A stretch of DNA of 64,000 nt from Holosporales bacterium. Its GTDB lineage: Bacteria; Pseudomonadota; Alphaproteobacteria; Holosporales; CAZGKG01. The stretch spans positions 23,119 to 87,118 of the forward strand of contig JBIKIF010000002.1 in assembly GCA_044361745.1 (NCBI GenBank). Direction: 5' to 3'. Positions 31,671 through 40,222 of the stretch are shown one piece after another. Positions within the stretch are counted from its first letter, which is position 1. Each line of letters begins with the position of its first letter. The notes beneath the pieces were generated by a model. It was given only the letters and a program-made list of their open reading frames with translations, was not told where the DNA came from and made no database searches. The position numbers and the translations under genes were made by a program.

Positions 31671-31701
31671 CTGGAGATTGTTCAAATCTCCAGGGTGTTT
31701 T
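31671..31701 (+). terminator. Rho-independent terminator
   Basis: CTGGAGATT-GTTCA-AATCTCCAG is a perfect 9-bp stem, followed by GGTGTTTT. Confidence 0.55.
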
Positions 31702-31805
31702 AAATTTTTCTCAAAGCCCCTCCGTCCAAGCGTCTGTAGGCCCATGGCCTCAGGCGCAGGAGTGTGAGGGGATTTTTTAGGTCTCATACTCAGTTGCGTA
31801 CAGTT

Positions 31806-31983
31806 GGAGTTGTCCTGCCGGCCTAAGATGATGCCCAAGCTTTGCTTGGGGGAGACCCTTGAGCCGCTATCCATTTCCACGCCGTCTATGGTCTGCCGCC
31901 TACGTTCTGCCAATGGATCCTGGATGGAGCGTTTTAAAAGCGCGCAAGCCTTCAGAAACTCTAGGCCTCGGGATGACGTGATC
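31806..31983 (-). repeat. Dispersed palindromic repeat, copy C (longest copy)
   Basis: Its reverse complement aligns with copy A over the 5' two thirds and with copies B and F over the 3' half (…TGGAAATGGATAGCGGCTCAAGG…CCCAAGCAAAGCTTGGGCATCATCTTAGGCCGGCAGGACA). Confidence 0.8.
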
Positions 31984-32107
31984 TTGTCAAAATTTTAGGG
32001 TCATTTGATCAAAGGTTAACTCTAGGTCTCTGTATCCCCTCAAAATTTCGAGGTTGGACCTTTTTTTGCGTCCATTGATTGAAAGACACTCATGAAAGGA
32101 AACGACC

Positions 32108-32401
32108 ATGGTTCACCCTTTTTTTAAAAAAATCATTTTGAAGTCAGCCCTCTTTGTCCTCTTCCTCGGTGGATTAGGGATGAATGAGGTTTCTGCAGTG
32201 GCCTCTCGTATGGGAAAATTAGAGATTGTTAGAAAAGTGGCCTTGGCGCCGTTCAGGGCTGTAAGGGTGGGGAGCAGAAACCTTGCGAAGGGTACTGCGA
32301 ATAAATTGCGGCTTAGAAAAAAGCGCGTCGATCAACAAGCAGCGAACAAAGAAACAGAAAAATTAAAAGGTCAACAGGTTGGATTTCCCCAGAAATCTTA
32401 A
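32108..32401 (+). CDS. Hypothetical small secreted basic protein
   Basis: 97 aa. Signal peptide (…ALFVLFLGGLGMNEVSA) and a K/R-rich mature part containing LRLRKKRV. Confidence 0.35.
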   Translation: MVHPFFKKIILKSALFVLFLGGLGMNEVSAVASRMGKLEIVRKVALAPFRAVRVGSRNLAKGTANKLRLRKKRVDQQAANKETEKLKGQQVGFPQKS

Positions 32402-32510
32402 GACTTCGTACTCATTGTGAAGGAGGGGTTTGAGACCGAGTCCCATTTTTAACCCTGACGGCATCAGTTCGGAGCTCGTGTATTCACATACACGTCGCTT
32501 CTCCTTTCTG

Positions 32511-32661
32511 GTCCTGTTGAATCTGGGGTTTGGTCTGAGAGCGGGTTATGTTCAAGGAAATCATTTAACCCCATGCCTCCGCCCGGCTCTCTTCGTCCCT
32601 CAGCCCCCACAGGGGGCGTCGGGGTCAGCTTTCTTTTAAGAAATTTCCGGATGACCACGTC
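32511..32661 (-). repeat. Probable degenerate copy D of the dispersed repeat
   Basis: Shares the end blocks (GACGTGGTCATCCGG on the reverse strand; CTCTCAGACC…CAGGAC) and weak internal similarity. Much more diverged than copies A, B, C and F. Confidence 0.3.
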
Positions 32662-32776
32662 GGCTTTGGGAACCAACTCATGATGACGGTAGAAGATCTT
32701 CGGCCTACGTTATGGCGCCTGAGGTGGTCTCCGTAGTTGACGTGAGAGTCTTTATCCTACAGAGGAGGGGGGTCTT

Positions 32777-33136
32777 CTAGTCGATATCTTCATCGGACTC
32801 GTCAGAGGAGTCCTCTAACTCATCATCGGACACAATACTCACACCATCCGAAAAATCACTCGGAACAATCAGAGGATCTTCATCAAGCGTGGGTTCCGTC
32901 CATGTTTCATTGACCTGGTTTTTCTGAAGTGTCCGAATGAACGCTTGGCCGAGGCCTTCCAGAGACAGATGACCTACACCAATTTCTCGCAGAGCAATCA
33001 CAGGATTTTTATCCCGCCCCTGTGGGATGGTCAGAGGGGCCCCATTCTCAATTTCCCGGACTCTCTGGGCCGCGTAAAGAACAAGGGAAAAGCGATCCGT
33101 TCTGCGGACGCAATCTTCAACGGTAATACGTGCCAT
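32777..33136 (-). CDS. rpoZ: RNA polymerase omega subunit
   Basis: MARITVEDCV…RFSLVLYAAQRVREI… N-terminus typical of RpoZ, with an acidic C-terminal tail. Confidence 0.85.
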   Translation of the reverse strand: MARITVEDCVRRTDRFSLVLYAAQRVREIENGAPLTIPQGRDKNPVIALREIGVGHLSLEGLGQAFIRTLQKNQVNETWTEPTLDEDPLIVPSDFSDGVSIVSDDELEDSSDESDEDID

Positions 33137-33142
33137 GGCAGA

Positions 33143-33268
33143 TTACCCCTGACGCGCTTTGAACCGAGGATTAATTTTGTTAATGACGTAGAGTCGACCC
33201 CGGCGACGCACAACCACGCAGGCTTTGTGGCGCGATTTTAAGGTCTTAATTGAGTTTGAAACTTTCAT
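33143..33268 (-). CDS. rpmJ: 50S ribosomal protein L36
   Basis: 41 aa, [41 protein letters not shown] (alphaproteobacterial-type L36). It forms the C-terminal part of the longer 75-aa ORF in the track. Confidence 0.9.
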   Translation of the reverse strand: MKVSNSIKTLKSRHKACVVVRRRGRLYVINKINPRFKARQG

Positions 33269-33473
33269 AAAAACAATCCTCTCCGTCCAGATCCAGGCTA
33301 TCCCGCTAATATAAATTTTTTTTCGTCCTTTTGCAACTTTTACCGTCAAAAATTTTCCAGATTCTCTCAAATTTTCTTTTGCGGTTATTTTGCAGGCTCC
33401 TGTTTGACTTTTGCAGGGGAGAGATTTATCTTGTAGGAAATTTTAAGATGACAATCGAGGAGAGCTCAACACA

Positions 33474-34073
33474 ATGGCAGTCGTTTTGAAGGCAGAGGGT
33501 CGTACAAGTGGAGGGCCTAAAAGTCATGTAAGAGAGCTTCGGCTCGCGGGTCGTGTGCCGGGTGTTGTCTATGGCGGCCCTACGATCCCTGAATCTATTT
33601 CTTTGGATCTGAAAGATGTTATGAAAGAGCTTCGTAAGCCTGGGTTCTTTAACCACTTGTTTGATCTTGAATGTCACGGCAAGACAGTTCCTGTGTTGGC
33701 GCGAGATGTTCATTTCCACCCCGTATCGGATATGCCCATTCATATTGATTTTATGCGTGTCTCTGCAGATGCCCGGGTCACCGTTTTTGTTCCGGTTAAG
33801 TTTGTGAACTCAGACAAATCTCCAGGTCTCAAGCGGGGAGGGCTTCTCAACGTGGTCATTCACGCTATTGAAATGTCCGTGCCTGCTCAAGCGATTCCTG
33901 AGCAAATTACGATTGATCTGGATGGCCTGAACGTTGGAGATGCGGTGCATTTGAGCGACCTCAATCTGTCTAAAGAACTTCGGGTTCTTCACCCAGAGCG
34001 GGACAATACGTTGGCCACCATCGTCGTTCCTTCTGGTCTTGATGAATCTGAAAAAGACAAAACTGAAGCATAG
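33474..34073 (+). CDS. rplY: 50S ribosomal protein L25/general stress protein Ctc
   Basis: 199 aa with …RLAGRVPGVVYG… and …HPVSDMPIHIDF…. Confidence 0.9.
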   Translation: MAVVLKAEGRTSGGPKSHVRELRLAGRVPGVVYGGPTIPESISLDLKDVMKELRKPGFFNHLFDLECHGKTVPVLARDVHFHPVSDMPIHIDFMRVSADARVTVFVPVKFVNSDKSPGLKRGGLLNVVIHAIEMSVPAQAIPEQITIDLDGLNVGDAVHLSDLNLSKELRVLHPERDNTLATIVVPSGLDESEKDKTEA

Positions 34074-34087
34074 TTTTCTTGTGTTTT

Positions 34088-34259
34088 GATCCTTCAGGGT
34101 CCCAAAGCCTGTTGTTCAAAAGCGCTCTCTTTTAAAAAGAGAGCGCTTTTTTGATGTTCAAAACCCCTCCGGGATATTTGACATTTCAAGCCTGAAAAAG
34201 ATTATTTGAAGATTTCTTGGTGTCCCTTAAGGTTCTCTACTCTCTGCCGCAAAAAAACC
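34088..34259 (+). repeat. Diverged copy G of the dispersed repeat (contains a terminator-like hairpin)
   Basis: ATCCTTCAGGG…TTGTTCAAAAGC…CCTCCGGGATATTTGACA…GCCTGAAAAAGATTA…TTGAAG…CTTGG…CTCTGCCGCAAAAAAACC parallels copies A and F block by block. Confidence 0.5.
34118..34152 (+). terminator. Rho-independent terminator after rplY
   Basis: AAAAGCGCTCTCTTTT/AAAAGAGAGCGCTTTTTT forms a long perfect stem followed by a T-run. The flanking A-run makes it potentially bidirectional. Confidence 0.6.
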
Positions 34260-34343
34260 ATAAGGGGCAAAACAATGTTTTTGATGCATTCAAAAAATTG
34301 ATTCGCCTGCAAACTCTGATCACAGAGCGGGACTGACGACGAC

Positions 34344-34991
34344 CTATTTTTCTGCCTCGTTTCCAGCAGACGCAGTGGGAGGCGGGGGAGGGGCCTGGGG
34401 AGGCTCTTGGGTGCTTCCTGATTGGTTGGCTTGATCTGCGGTTTGTTGGGTCATGCCTGCGGTGGGGGTGTGGGTATTCAGAAGAATGGTTTCAGAGACG
34501 GGATAGACTTGGAGTTGTTCCCCCCCTGCTGTGCTGTCGCTTGTGACTGCCTGCACTTCTTTCTCACCCATAACGATGTTGACTGTGGCTGATTTTCCAA
34601 GACCAATTCTGTGTTCCCCAGGGGCCTGGTAATCCATAAAGATAAAGCTTCCCCAGCCTTTTTCGCTGCGCATCACTGGTGCAAAATTTTGTAACACTTG
34701 TCCGGGAACAACCTCCCAACGCCAAATATCAAAAGCGGACATGTTGTTTCGGCGCAGCTGATCAATGCTGCTAAAGTAAGCATTTGCTGTGAGGGCCTCC
34801 AATTTTTTCATCATCGTATCATCGTAAACCATGACAAGATCGACAGTGATTGGGGCATTCTGATTCAAAGTGTCGAGCCCGGTCAGAGACAGGGTTTGAA
34901 GATTAATGCCAGGGGGTGTGGGGCCACTGCTGCATCCTGTGAGAAGAAGGGCACCGAGCGCCCCTAAGAAAAGAATTTTTTGAGGGTTCAT
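34344..34991 (-). CDS. Hypothetical lipoprotein (weak TssJ/SciN-like pattern)
   Basis: Lipobox LLLTGC. The core …PITVDLVMVYDD…L..ANAYF…WEVVPGQV… loosely recalls the TssJ fold. The C-terminal tail is proline-rich (PPQAPPPPP). 4-nt overlap with the upstream SPOR gene. Confidence 0.45.
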   Translation of the reverse strand: MNPQKILFLGALGALLLTGCSSGPTPPGINLQTLSLTGLDTLNQNAPITVDLVMVYDDTMMKKLEALTANAYFSSIDQLRRNNMSAFDIWRWEVVPGQVLQNFAPVMRSEKGWGSFIFMDYQAPGEHRIGLGKSATVNIVMGEKEVQAVTSDSTAGGEQLQVYPVSETILLNTHTPTAGMTQQTADQANQSGSTQEPPQAPPPPPTASAGNEAEK

Positions 34992-35782
34992 TTTTGCTCT
35001 CCAGAAGGTTGTGCTTGGGCTTCTTCTGGCAAGAGAATCGCGACTGCTGATAGGTGGTTTTGAGACGAAAGGATGCGGGCGGCCACCTCTGCCGCTCTCT
35101 GGCTTGGAAATTCATCCGCGCTTTGAACACTAAAAACTGTGACACCCGCTCTATTTTTTTGCGGTTTCACAACTGTTTGAATTTGGCGCACGTTCAGCTT
35201 ATCCATCAGATCGACGGCATTTTCCTGTGCAAAAAAAACACCTAACTCAACGCCGTATTTCTGATTTTGTGCGTCTTTAGGAGCGTCAGGTGAAGCCTGA
35301 GCCTTCGGATCATTCGAAGCGGGCTGGGGGGAGGAGGGGGCAGAGGCGGCGGGAGTTCCTGGAGGGAGTGACTTTAAGTTTGCCCTTAAGTTGGGGGCAG
35401 GGGGGGCTCCTATTAAGGGCGGGGCAAGAGTAGGATGGGCAGCCATCTGATGCGCTGTCTCTTTCCAGCGATAAAAGGCGATACCTGCGCCAAAGAAAGT
35501 GCCGCTTAAGGTGATGAGCCCTAACGCAAGCCATACAAGAGTCATGGTCTTGAGGGGTTTTGGAGAGGTCGCCTCAGGAGTCTTGGGAGTTGGTTTTGGT
35601 TGGTGATTGGCTGCATTTGGGGGCGGCACATGGGGGGAGACATAGGGAAGGGGGGCTGGCATAGAAAATCCCTTTGAGTAGGCTGACACCAGGGACGGTT
35701 TTCTCAGCTCTTGCGAGACTTTTTGTCCCCAGAAAACCTGTACGGGGATTGTCTCAGCTGTCACAGTCTCAGGTGTCATCAT
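34988..35782 (-). CDS. SPOR-domain membrane protein
   Basis: Pro-rich N-terminal region, one TM helix (LVWLALGLITLSGTFFGAGIAFY), a long P/A-rich linker, and a C-terminal SPOR-like domain (YGVELGVFFAQENAVDLMDKL…GVTVFSVQSADEFPSQRAAEVAARIL). Confidence 0.6.
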   Translation of the reverse strand: MMTPETVTAETIPVQVFWGQKVSQELRKPSLVSAYSKGFSMPAPLPYVSPHVPPPNAANHQPKPTPKTPEATSPKPLKTMTLVWLALGLITLSGTFFGAGIAFYRWKETAHQMAAHPTLAPPLIGAPPAPNLRANLKSLPPGTPAASAPSSPQPASNDPKAQASPDAPKDAQNQKYGVELGVFFAQENAVDLMDKLNVRQIQTVVKPQKNRAGVTVFSVQSADEFPSQRAAEVAARILSSQNHLSAVAILLPEEAQAQPSGEQK

Positions 35783-35862
35783 TCAAAAACCAATTGTTTT
35801 CAGCTGTCTGTTACAAACGTCAGACACTGACCTTTTTGTGACAGAGGATTCCTAAAGAAATC

Positions 35863-37116
35863 TTAAGGAGGTAAAAATGTTTGTAAAATTTTTTTTTGGG
35901 TAACGAAATCTGACTGTTGGTGAATCCATCGGACCTGCTCTTCTGGATGCACAATGGGGAGTGCGGCATACGCCTGAGGGGAGCCACTTGCAGCCCCCCC
36001 CTGAGGGTTCACCCAGCGGGCCTTCTCAGGGTTCGTGCGCTCCAGCAGAAAGCGGCCGTCCCACAGAAGGTGCTTGTGGTCTGCAGGCCATATCTGAGGG
36101 GAGATGCGTTGCCACTCCCGAAAGACCCACAAATCCCAAGAATGTTTGCCCCGGTCTCGGGGTCTGCGTTTTTCCAGGAGACAGCCCCCTAAAGTCAGGC
36201 GACCGCTGGTGGGCCTCGAAAGTACAGAAAGAGCACGGTCGAAAGACTCCCTGCGGGAAGGATGTTTGGAAACACCGCCCACGCGAAACAGAAGTTGTTG
36301 GAGAAGGCCACGCTGAAGCTCATGGGAGGCGGCCTCAAAAGCTTCCCAGTGGAGGAGGGCGTACCCAGGAAACATCAGCACACCACTGCTATCTCTGAAA
36401 AGCTGGGCGACCGCCTGGTCAAAAGAGGCCCTGTGGCGGCCCAGACGTTTTATTTCCTGATCCCAAAACCAGAGAACGTCTTTGGGAAGGTTTGCAAGCT
36501 TCTGGCGAATACGGTTGCGGGCGTAGGCAGAAGATTGATTGCTGGGGTCTGAGATCCAGGGAATCTGAGCCGCCTGGAGGGTCGCTTCCAGTCGGTCTTT
36601 GGGCACCGATAGAAGGGGGCGAACGACCTGTAGGCCCCATATTTCCTGACGCATCTGCATCCCTGCTAACCCCAGAGCGCCACTATTTTCTCCCAGTCGC
36701 AAACAAAAAGTTTCCCTCTGGTCATCCAGATGATGCGCGACAAGCAATGCCGGAACGCTCTCCCCGTGACACCACGTTGCCAAGGCTTCATAGCGCCCGA
36801 GGCGGGCCGCTTCTTGAAAGCCGGTCTTAGGAAGTGAGGAAGCAAGGGGCAAACAGATGGAGTCCAGTCCCCAGGTCTGCGTCAACGAAGCACTGAACAC
36901 GGCTTCTTCCGGGAAACAGGCAAGCTCGTGATGGACCGTCAGAGCACAAATCTTCCGCCCTGTTTTCTTCCCCCACCGATGAAGCAACCATGCCAGACAT
37001 AGACTATCTGCCCCGCCTGAGACGCCAACAGCCAATCGCGATGGACACCCTTCCCAAGGGATCCGGTTCATCAAACCATCAAACTCTTCATCGCTCACAG
37101 GAAGGGTCGGAATCAC
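35863..37116 (-). CDS. tilS: tRNA(Ile)-lysidine synthase
   Basis: PP-loop motif VGVSGGADSLCL near the N-terminus. 417 aa. Confidence 0.85.
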   Translation of the reverse strand: MIPTLPVSDEEFDGLMNRIPWEGCPSRLAVGVSGGADSLCLAWLLHRWGKKTGRKICALTVHHELACFPEEAVFSASLTQTWGLDSICLPLASSLPKTGFQEAARLGRYEALATWCHGESVPALLVAHHLDDQRETFCLRLGENSGALGLAGMQMRQEIWGLQVVRPLLSVPKDRLEATLQAAQIPWISDPSNQSSAYARNRIRQKLANLPKDVLWFWDQEIKRLGRHRASFDQAVAQLFRDSSGVLMFPGYALLHWEAFEAASHELQRGLLQQLLFRVGGVSKHPSRRESFDRALSVLSRPTSGRLTLGGCLLEKRRPRDRGKHSWDLWVFREWQRISPQIWPADHKHLLWDGRFLLERTNPEKARWVNPQGGAASGSPQAYAALPIVHPEEQVRWIHQQSDFVTQKKILQTFLPP

Positions 37117-37273
37117 AAAAGACGGAACCTTGTATGAGGACAGAGAGGGCCATCATAGGACCTTTCTGTGGGCGCCTCAAGACACCCTTTCTGGAGGCTC
37201 TCGTCAGTTCGTTTTATGTCAAGAATACAGTGTTTTGTTGACTTGTATTTTACAAAAATGTTTGGGCGCCGAC

Positions 37274-38323
37274 TTAGGGATGAAAGCTGCTTGTGAGATC
37301 CAGAGGCCACGTTTGCATCTCTGCAAGACGGGATAGGGTTCGGGCAAAAGCTGGGCTGTCTCCTCTGGCTTCTCCCATGGCCTCTAAGGAGAGATCTGAT
37401 GCGAAAAGGAGAGGCCGCCGCCGATCGTACAGTTGGTCTATGAAGATGATCAAACGACGGATTCCGTCTCGCTCAGCCAAGTTTTCTCGAGAAAATCCCG
37501 ATAAAATGATGTTGGGGAAGGTCGCCAGAATCTTTTGGTAATCTGCAATTCCGAGAGGTTGCCTGCACGCTTCATCAAAGGTCAGCCAGACTACCTTGGG
37601 ATGGGTTCGTTTCAAAGAGAGTTTGCGAGACCCGATCCTTAGGACATCAGGGCAGAACGGAGCGCCCCCCGTGAGTTGGTTCCAAATGTCTGTGAGCGCC
37701 TGAGGTGTGATCTCCCCTGAGAAACTGAAGGGATGATCTCGAGAGCTGGAGATTTTGTGGCGATGGTCAAACCCACCAGAAAAAGGGATCACCGTCAGAT
37801 GAGACCGCAATTTTTCCCACAAAGGCCCCAGAAGTTCACGGTTCAGGCCCTTCCGGTAGAGACCCTCTGGAGGTGTATTCGACGTTGCAAGGAGAATGAT
37901 CCCCGCGTGAAAGAGGGCATCCAAAGCGTTTTGAAACAGAATGCCATCAGCGATGTGGGTGATTTCTATTTCATCTAAAAAAAGAAGCGGTGTGGCGCGC
38001 ACAAATTGCTTGGCCCACGCCCGTCTTTCCGAGGGAAGCCCTCCCTCAGATAGATTTTTTATCCAATGGTGTGTATGGGTTCTGTGGATTTTCAGGGTCG
38101 ACGAGAGCTCGTCACACACCAAATTCATCAAAAATGTTTTCCCTCTCCCCACATCTCCCCAAAGATAAATCCCCTGCGGGGGTTTCGGCTTAAACCAAAA
38201 ACGTTTCTTGTGGTGATGGAGAGAGACTATTTGACAAAATTCTTCTAAGGGCTCCAGGAGTCCCTCTTGTGCCGGATCTTTCTCGATGTCTGGGATGGCC
38301 TCGTAACGCTTCCTCAAGCCCAT
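37274..38323 (-). CDS. zapE: AFG1/ZapE-family ATPase
   Basis: GIYLWGDVGRGKTFLM (Walker A), LLFLDEIEITHIADG (Walker B), …ATSNTPPEGLY…. Confidence 0.85.
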   Translation of the reverse strand: MGLRKRYEAIPDIEKDPAQEGLLEPLEEFCQIVSLHHHKKRFWFKPKPPQGIYLWGDVGRGKTFLMNLVCDELSSTLKIHRTHTHHWIKNLSEGGLPSERRAWAKQFVRATPLLFLDEIEITHIADGILFQNALDALFHAGIILLATSNTPPEGLYRKGLNRELLGPLWEKLRSHLTVIPFSGGFDHRHKISSSRDHPFSFSGEITPQALTDIWNQLTGGAPFCPDVLRIGSRKLSLKRTHPKVVWLTFDEACRQPLGIADYQKILATFPNIILSGFSRENLAERDGIRRLIIFIDQLYDRRRPLLFASDLSLEAMGEARGDSPAFARTLSRLAEMQTWPLDLTSSFHP

Positions 38324-38479
38324 TTGAGGGCTCCCTTTTTAAAGCTTTTGTATAGACCCTTGAAACACTGAGGCGCAGTTGCGCACAAAAGCCTCACGAA
38401 ACTTTGGACGTTTTGGCATTTCTTTTGCTCTCTTTTGAGGGACATGACGTCGAAGTGATCTTCCATCAAAGGAGCAGAC

Positions 38480-40222
38480 ATGCTGAGAGCCCATTCTTTT
38501 TTCATCAAACCTCCCCTGACGCCGGTCGCTCCTAAGGTCAGCCTTTTGACAAAAAAAGATTTCGTCGTTTCTCAAAAAGCGCAAGAAGAGATGGGAGTTG
38601 ACCCTGAAACCTATTGTGCGCATGTCAACCAGGGATGGCAAGGGCGTATTGATCCTTTAGTCACCAAAATAGATCTGGCAAAGACGCAGGATCAACTGCT
38701 GTATGATTTTCAAAACATAATCCATGAAACGCGGCAAACCTTAGAGCGCTTGAGGATCGAAACAGGACGAATCCATACCCAAGTGATCTGTGAAGACACG
38801 GGAAACTCTGGCGAAAAATATGTGCGAATCGAGCCTCATGGAGGCATTTTATTCCCACCGTTTACTTTGGAGATTCTCACGCTTGCTCCAGAACAGACGA
38901 TGGGCAATCCTTCAGCTGCGCCCATTGAAGCTCTCAGTCTGGAGGCCCCTCTTGGCTTCACCGATGGACAAACCCTTTATGTGAATGAAAAACCTCTCCC
39001 TTTAGGCCAAGGGATGACCTTGAGGAGACTCACGTTTCTTTTAGGGCAGCATTTAAGGGGGGTCGCTCACGTTCACTGCCTCACCCTCCAAGAGCCCATG
39101 GCCGAAGAGAGCCCAGCGAGCGCCTCTGCCTCAGGAAGACCTGGTCTATACAAGCTCAGTGTGAAGCCCATGAATCCAAGCAAGCCCATTGTTTTCCGTG
39201 ACGAGAGTGCTGGAGAGGTTCTTCGATGTCTCGGGCTCTCTGACGAAAGAGTTCCACTGGCCTCCGGAGATGCTGTTTTTAAAGTTGATGGAATGCAGAT
39301 GACCCGGTCCTTGAACAAAATCGAAAACATTTTTCCTGGCTTATCCTTGAAGCTTTTGAGCCCAACGGGCGGGGCCGTTCTGAAAATTTCAAGTGCGCCC
39401 GCTGTAGAAAACATTAAACAACTGATGTCCGACCTCTTGGAATCGTTTCGCGTCATTCAACGAATGGTGGCTCAGTCTCTCCCGATAGATGGAGAAAGCT
39501 CTATTAAGCACTGTCGTTTTCTTCTTGATTTATCGAGAGAGCTTGGTCTTTCCAGTGATCGTTCTTTTGGAGCAAGCATTCCAGCAAGAACAATGGGTAT
39601 TGACCGGCAGGGGGGCGTCCTTTTGTTTCAGCACCATCTATTTGATCAAGCAGTTCAGGACAACCCTGCCCAAGTCAAAAATTTTTTTAGACGCACAGAA
39701 GAGGTTGACCTGCCAGATATGTTATTGATAAAGGCACCCAAGGCATTTGTCGGGGAGATTCAGGTACAATTAAGCAAAACAGCTGGACACATCAAAGGGT
39801 TTCTTTCCTGTGGGAAAGAGGGTCTCTCGCCCATTGAAGGGCGGATGGAGGGCACGATTTTATATGGCCCTAGGGGGCATCCCCTTGAAAAACTTGAAAT
39901 TGTAGTGGGTCCCAGCGTTCGTGATTCTCTCAAAGAGGGAGACCCAATCGTTGCGATTGTCACTCTAGGAGAGGGTTTTCTTGATTTTTTTGATCGTTTT
40001 CTGGACGCTCATTTTCAAAAAATGAACAAAGAGAGGGAATGCACTGATGTCGGCCTGAAAAAAACTCTTGCAGGCCTTGAGTTGATTCAAAAAGAATCGG
40101 ATAAAAAAAAGAAAGAGCTCAAGGAGCAATCTGCCAATTTGCAAGCGCAGTATGGGCAGCTCCTTGTGACACGAAAAATTGAGGAGAATATGATGAAGAC
40201 GATTTTGGGGCTTAAGGACTAG
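38480..40222 (+). CDS. Hypothetical protein, possible divergent flagellar filament cap FliD
   Basis: 580 aa. The central block AVFKVDGMQMTRSLNKIENIFPGLSLKLLSPTGGAVLKISS…VENIKQLMSDLLESF follows the FliD pattern (x-NG-x-I-x-x-SN-x-I-x-x-x-x-G-V-T-L-x-L, then a fv..yN-like helix). Coiled-coil C-terminus. Similarity was judged by eye only. Confidence 0.4.
   Translation: MLRAHSFFIKPPLTPVAPKVSLLTKKDFVVSQKAQEEMGVDPETYCAHVNQGWQGRIDPLVTKIDLAKTQDQLLYDFQNIIHETRQTLERLRIETGRIHTQVICEDTGNSGEKYVRIEPHGGILFPPFTLEILTLAPEQTMGNPSAAPIEALSLEAPLGFTDGQTLYVNEKPLPLGQGMTLRRLTFLLGQHLRGVAHVHCLTLQEPMAEESPASASASGRPGLYKLSVKPMNPSKPIVFRDESAGEVLRCLGLSDERVPLASGDAVFKVDGMQMTRSLNKIENIFPGLSLKLLSPTGGAVLKISSAPAVENIKQLMSDLLESFRVIQRMVAQSLPIDGESSIKHCRFLLDLSRELGLSSDRSFGASIPARTMGIDRQGGVLLFQHHLFDQAVQDNPAQVKNFFRRTEEVDLPDMLLIKAPKAFVGEIQVQLSKTAGHIKGFLSCGKEGLSPIEGRMEGTILYGPRGHPLEKLEIVVGPSVRDSLKEGDPIVAIVTLGEGFLDFFDRFLDAHFQKMNKERECTDVGLKKTLAGLELIQKESDKKKKELKEQSANLQAQYGQLLVTRKIEENMMKTILGLKD

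Noticed and set aside
32430-32639. 69-aa plus-strand ORF and the overlapping 70-aa minus-strand ORF (32464-32676).
   Set aside because: Both run through degenerate repeat copy D, have no start context or motifs, and overlap each other. Likely non-coding.
31702-32776. Long non-coding stretches considered as possible tmRNA (two-piece alpha type), RNase P RNA, SRP RNA or 6S RNA.
   Set aside because: None of the diagnostic motifs are present: GGAAAGTCCGGGC for RNase P, GGAAGCAGCC-type for SRP, or a T-arm…CCA with an ANDN…AA tag frame for tmRNA. Most of the sequence is explained instead by copies C and D of the dispersed repeat. An Rfam scan would still be worthwhile.
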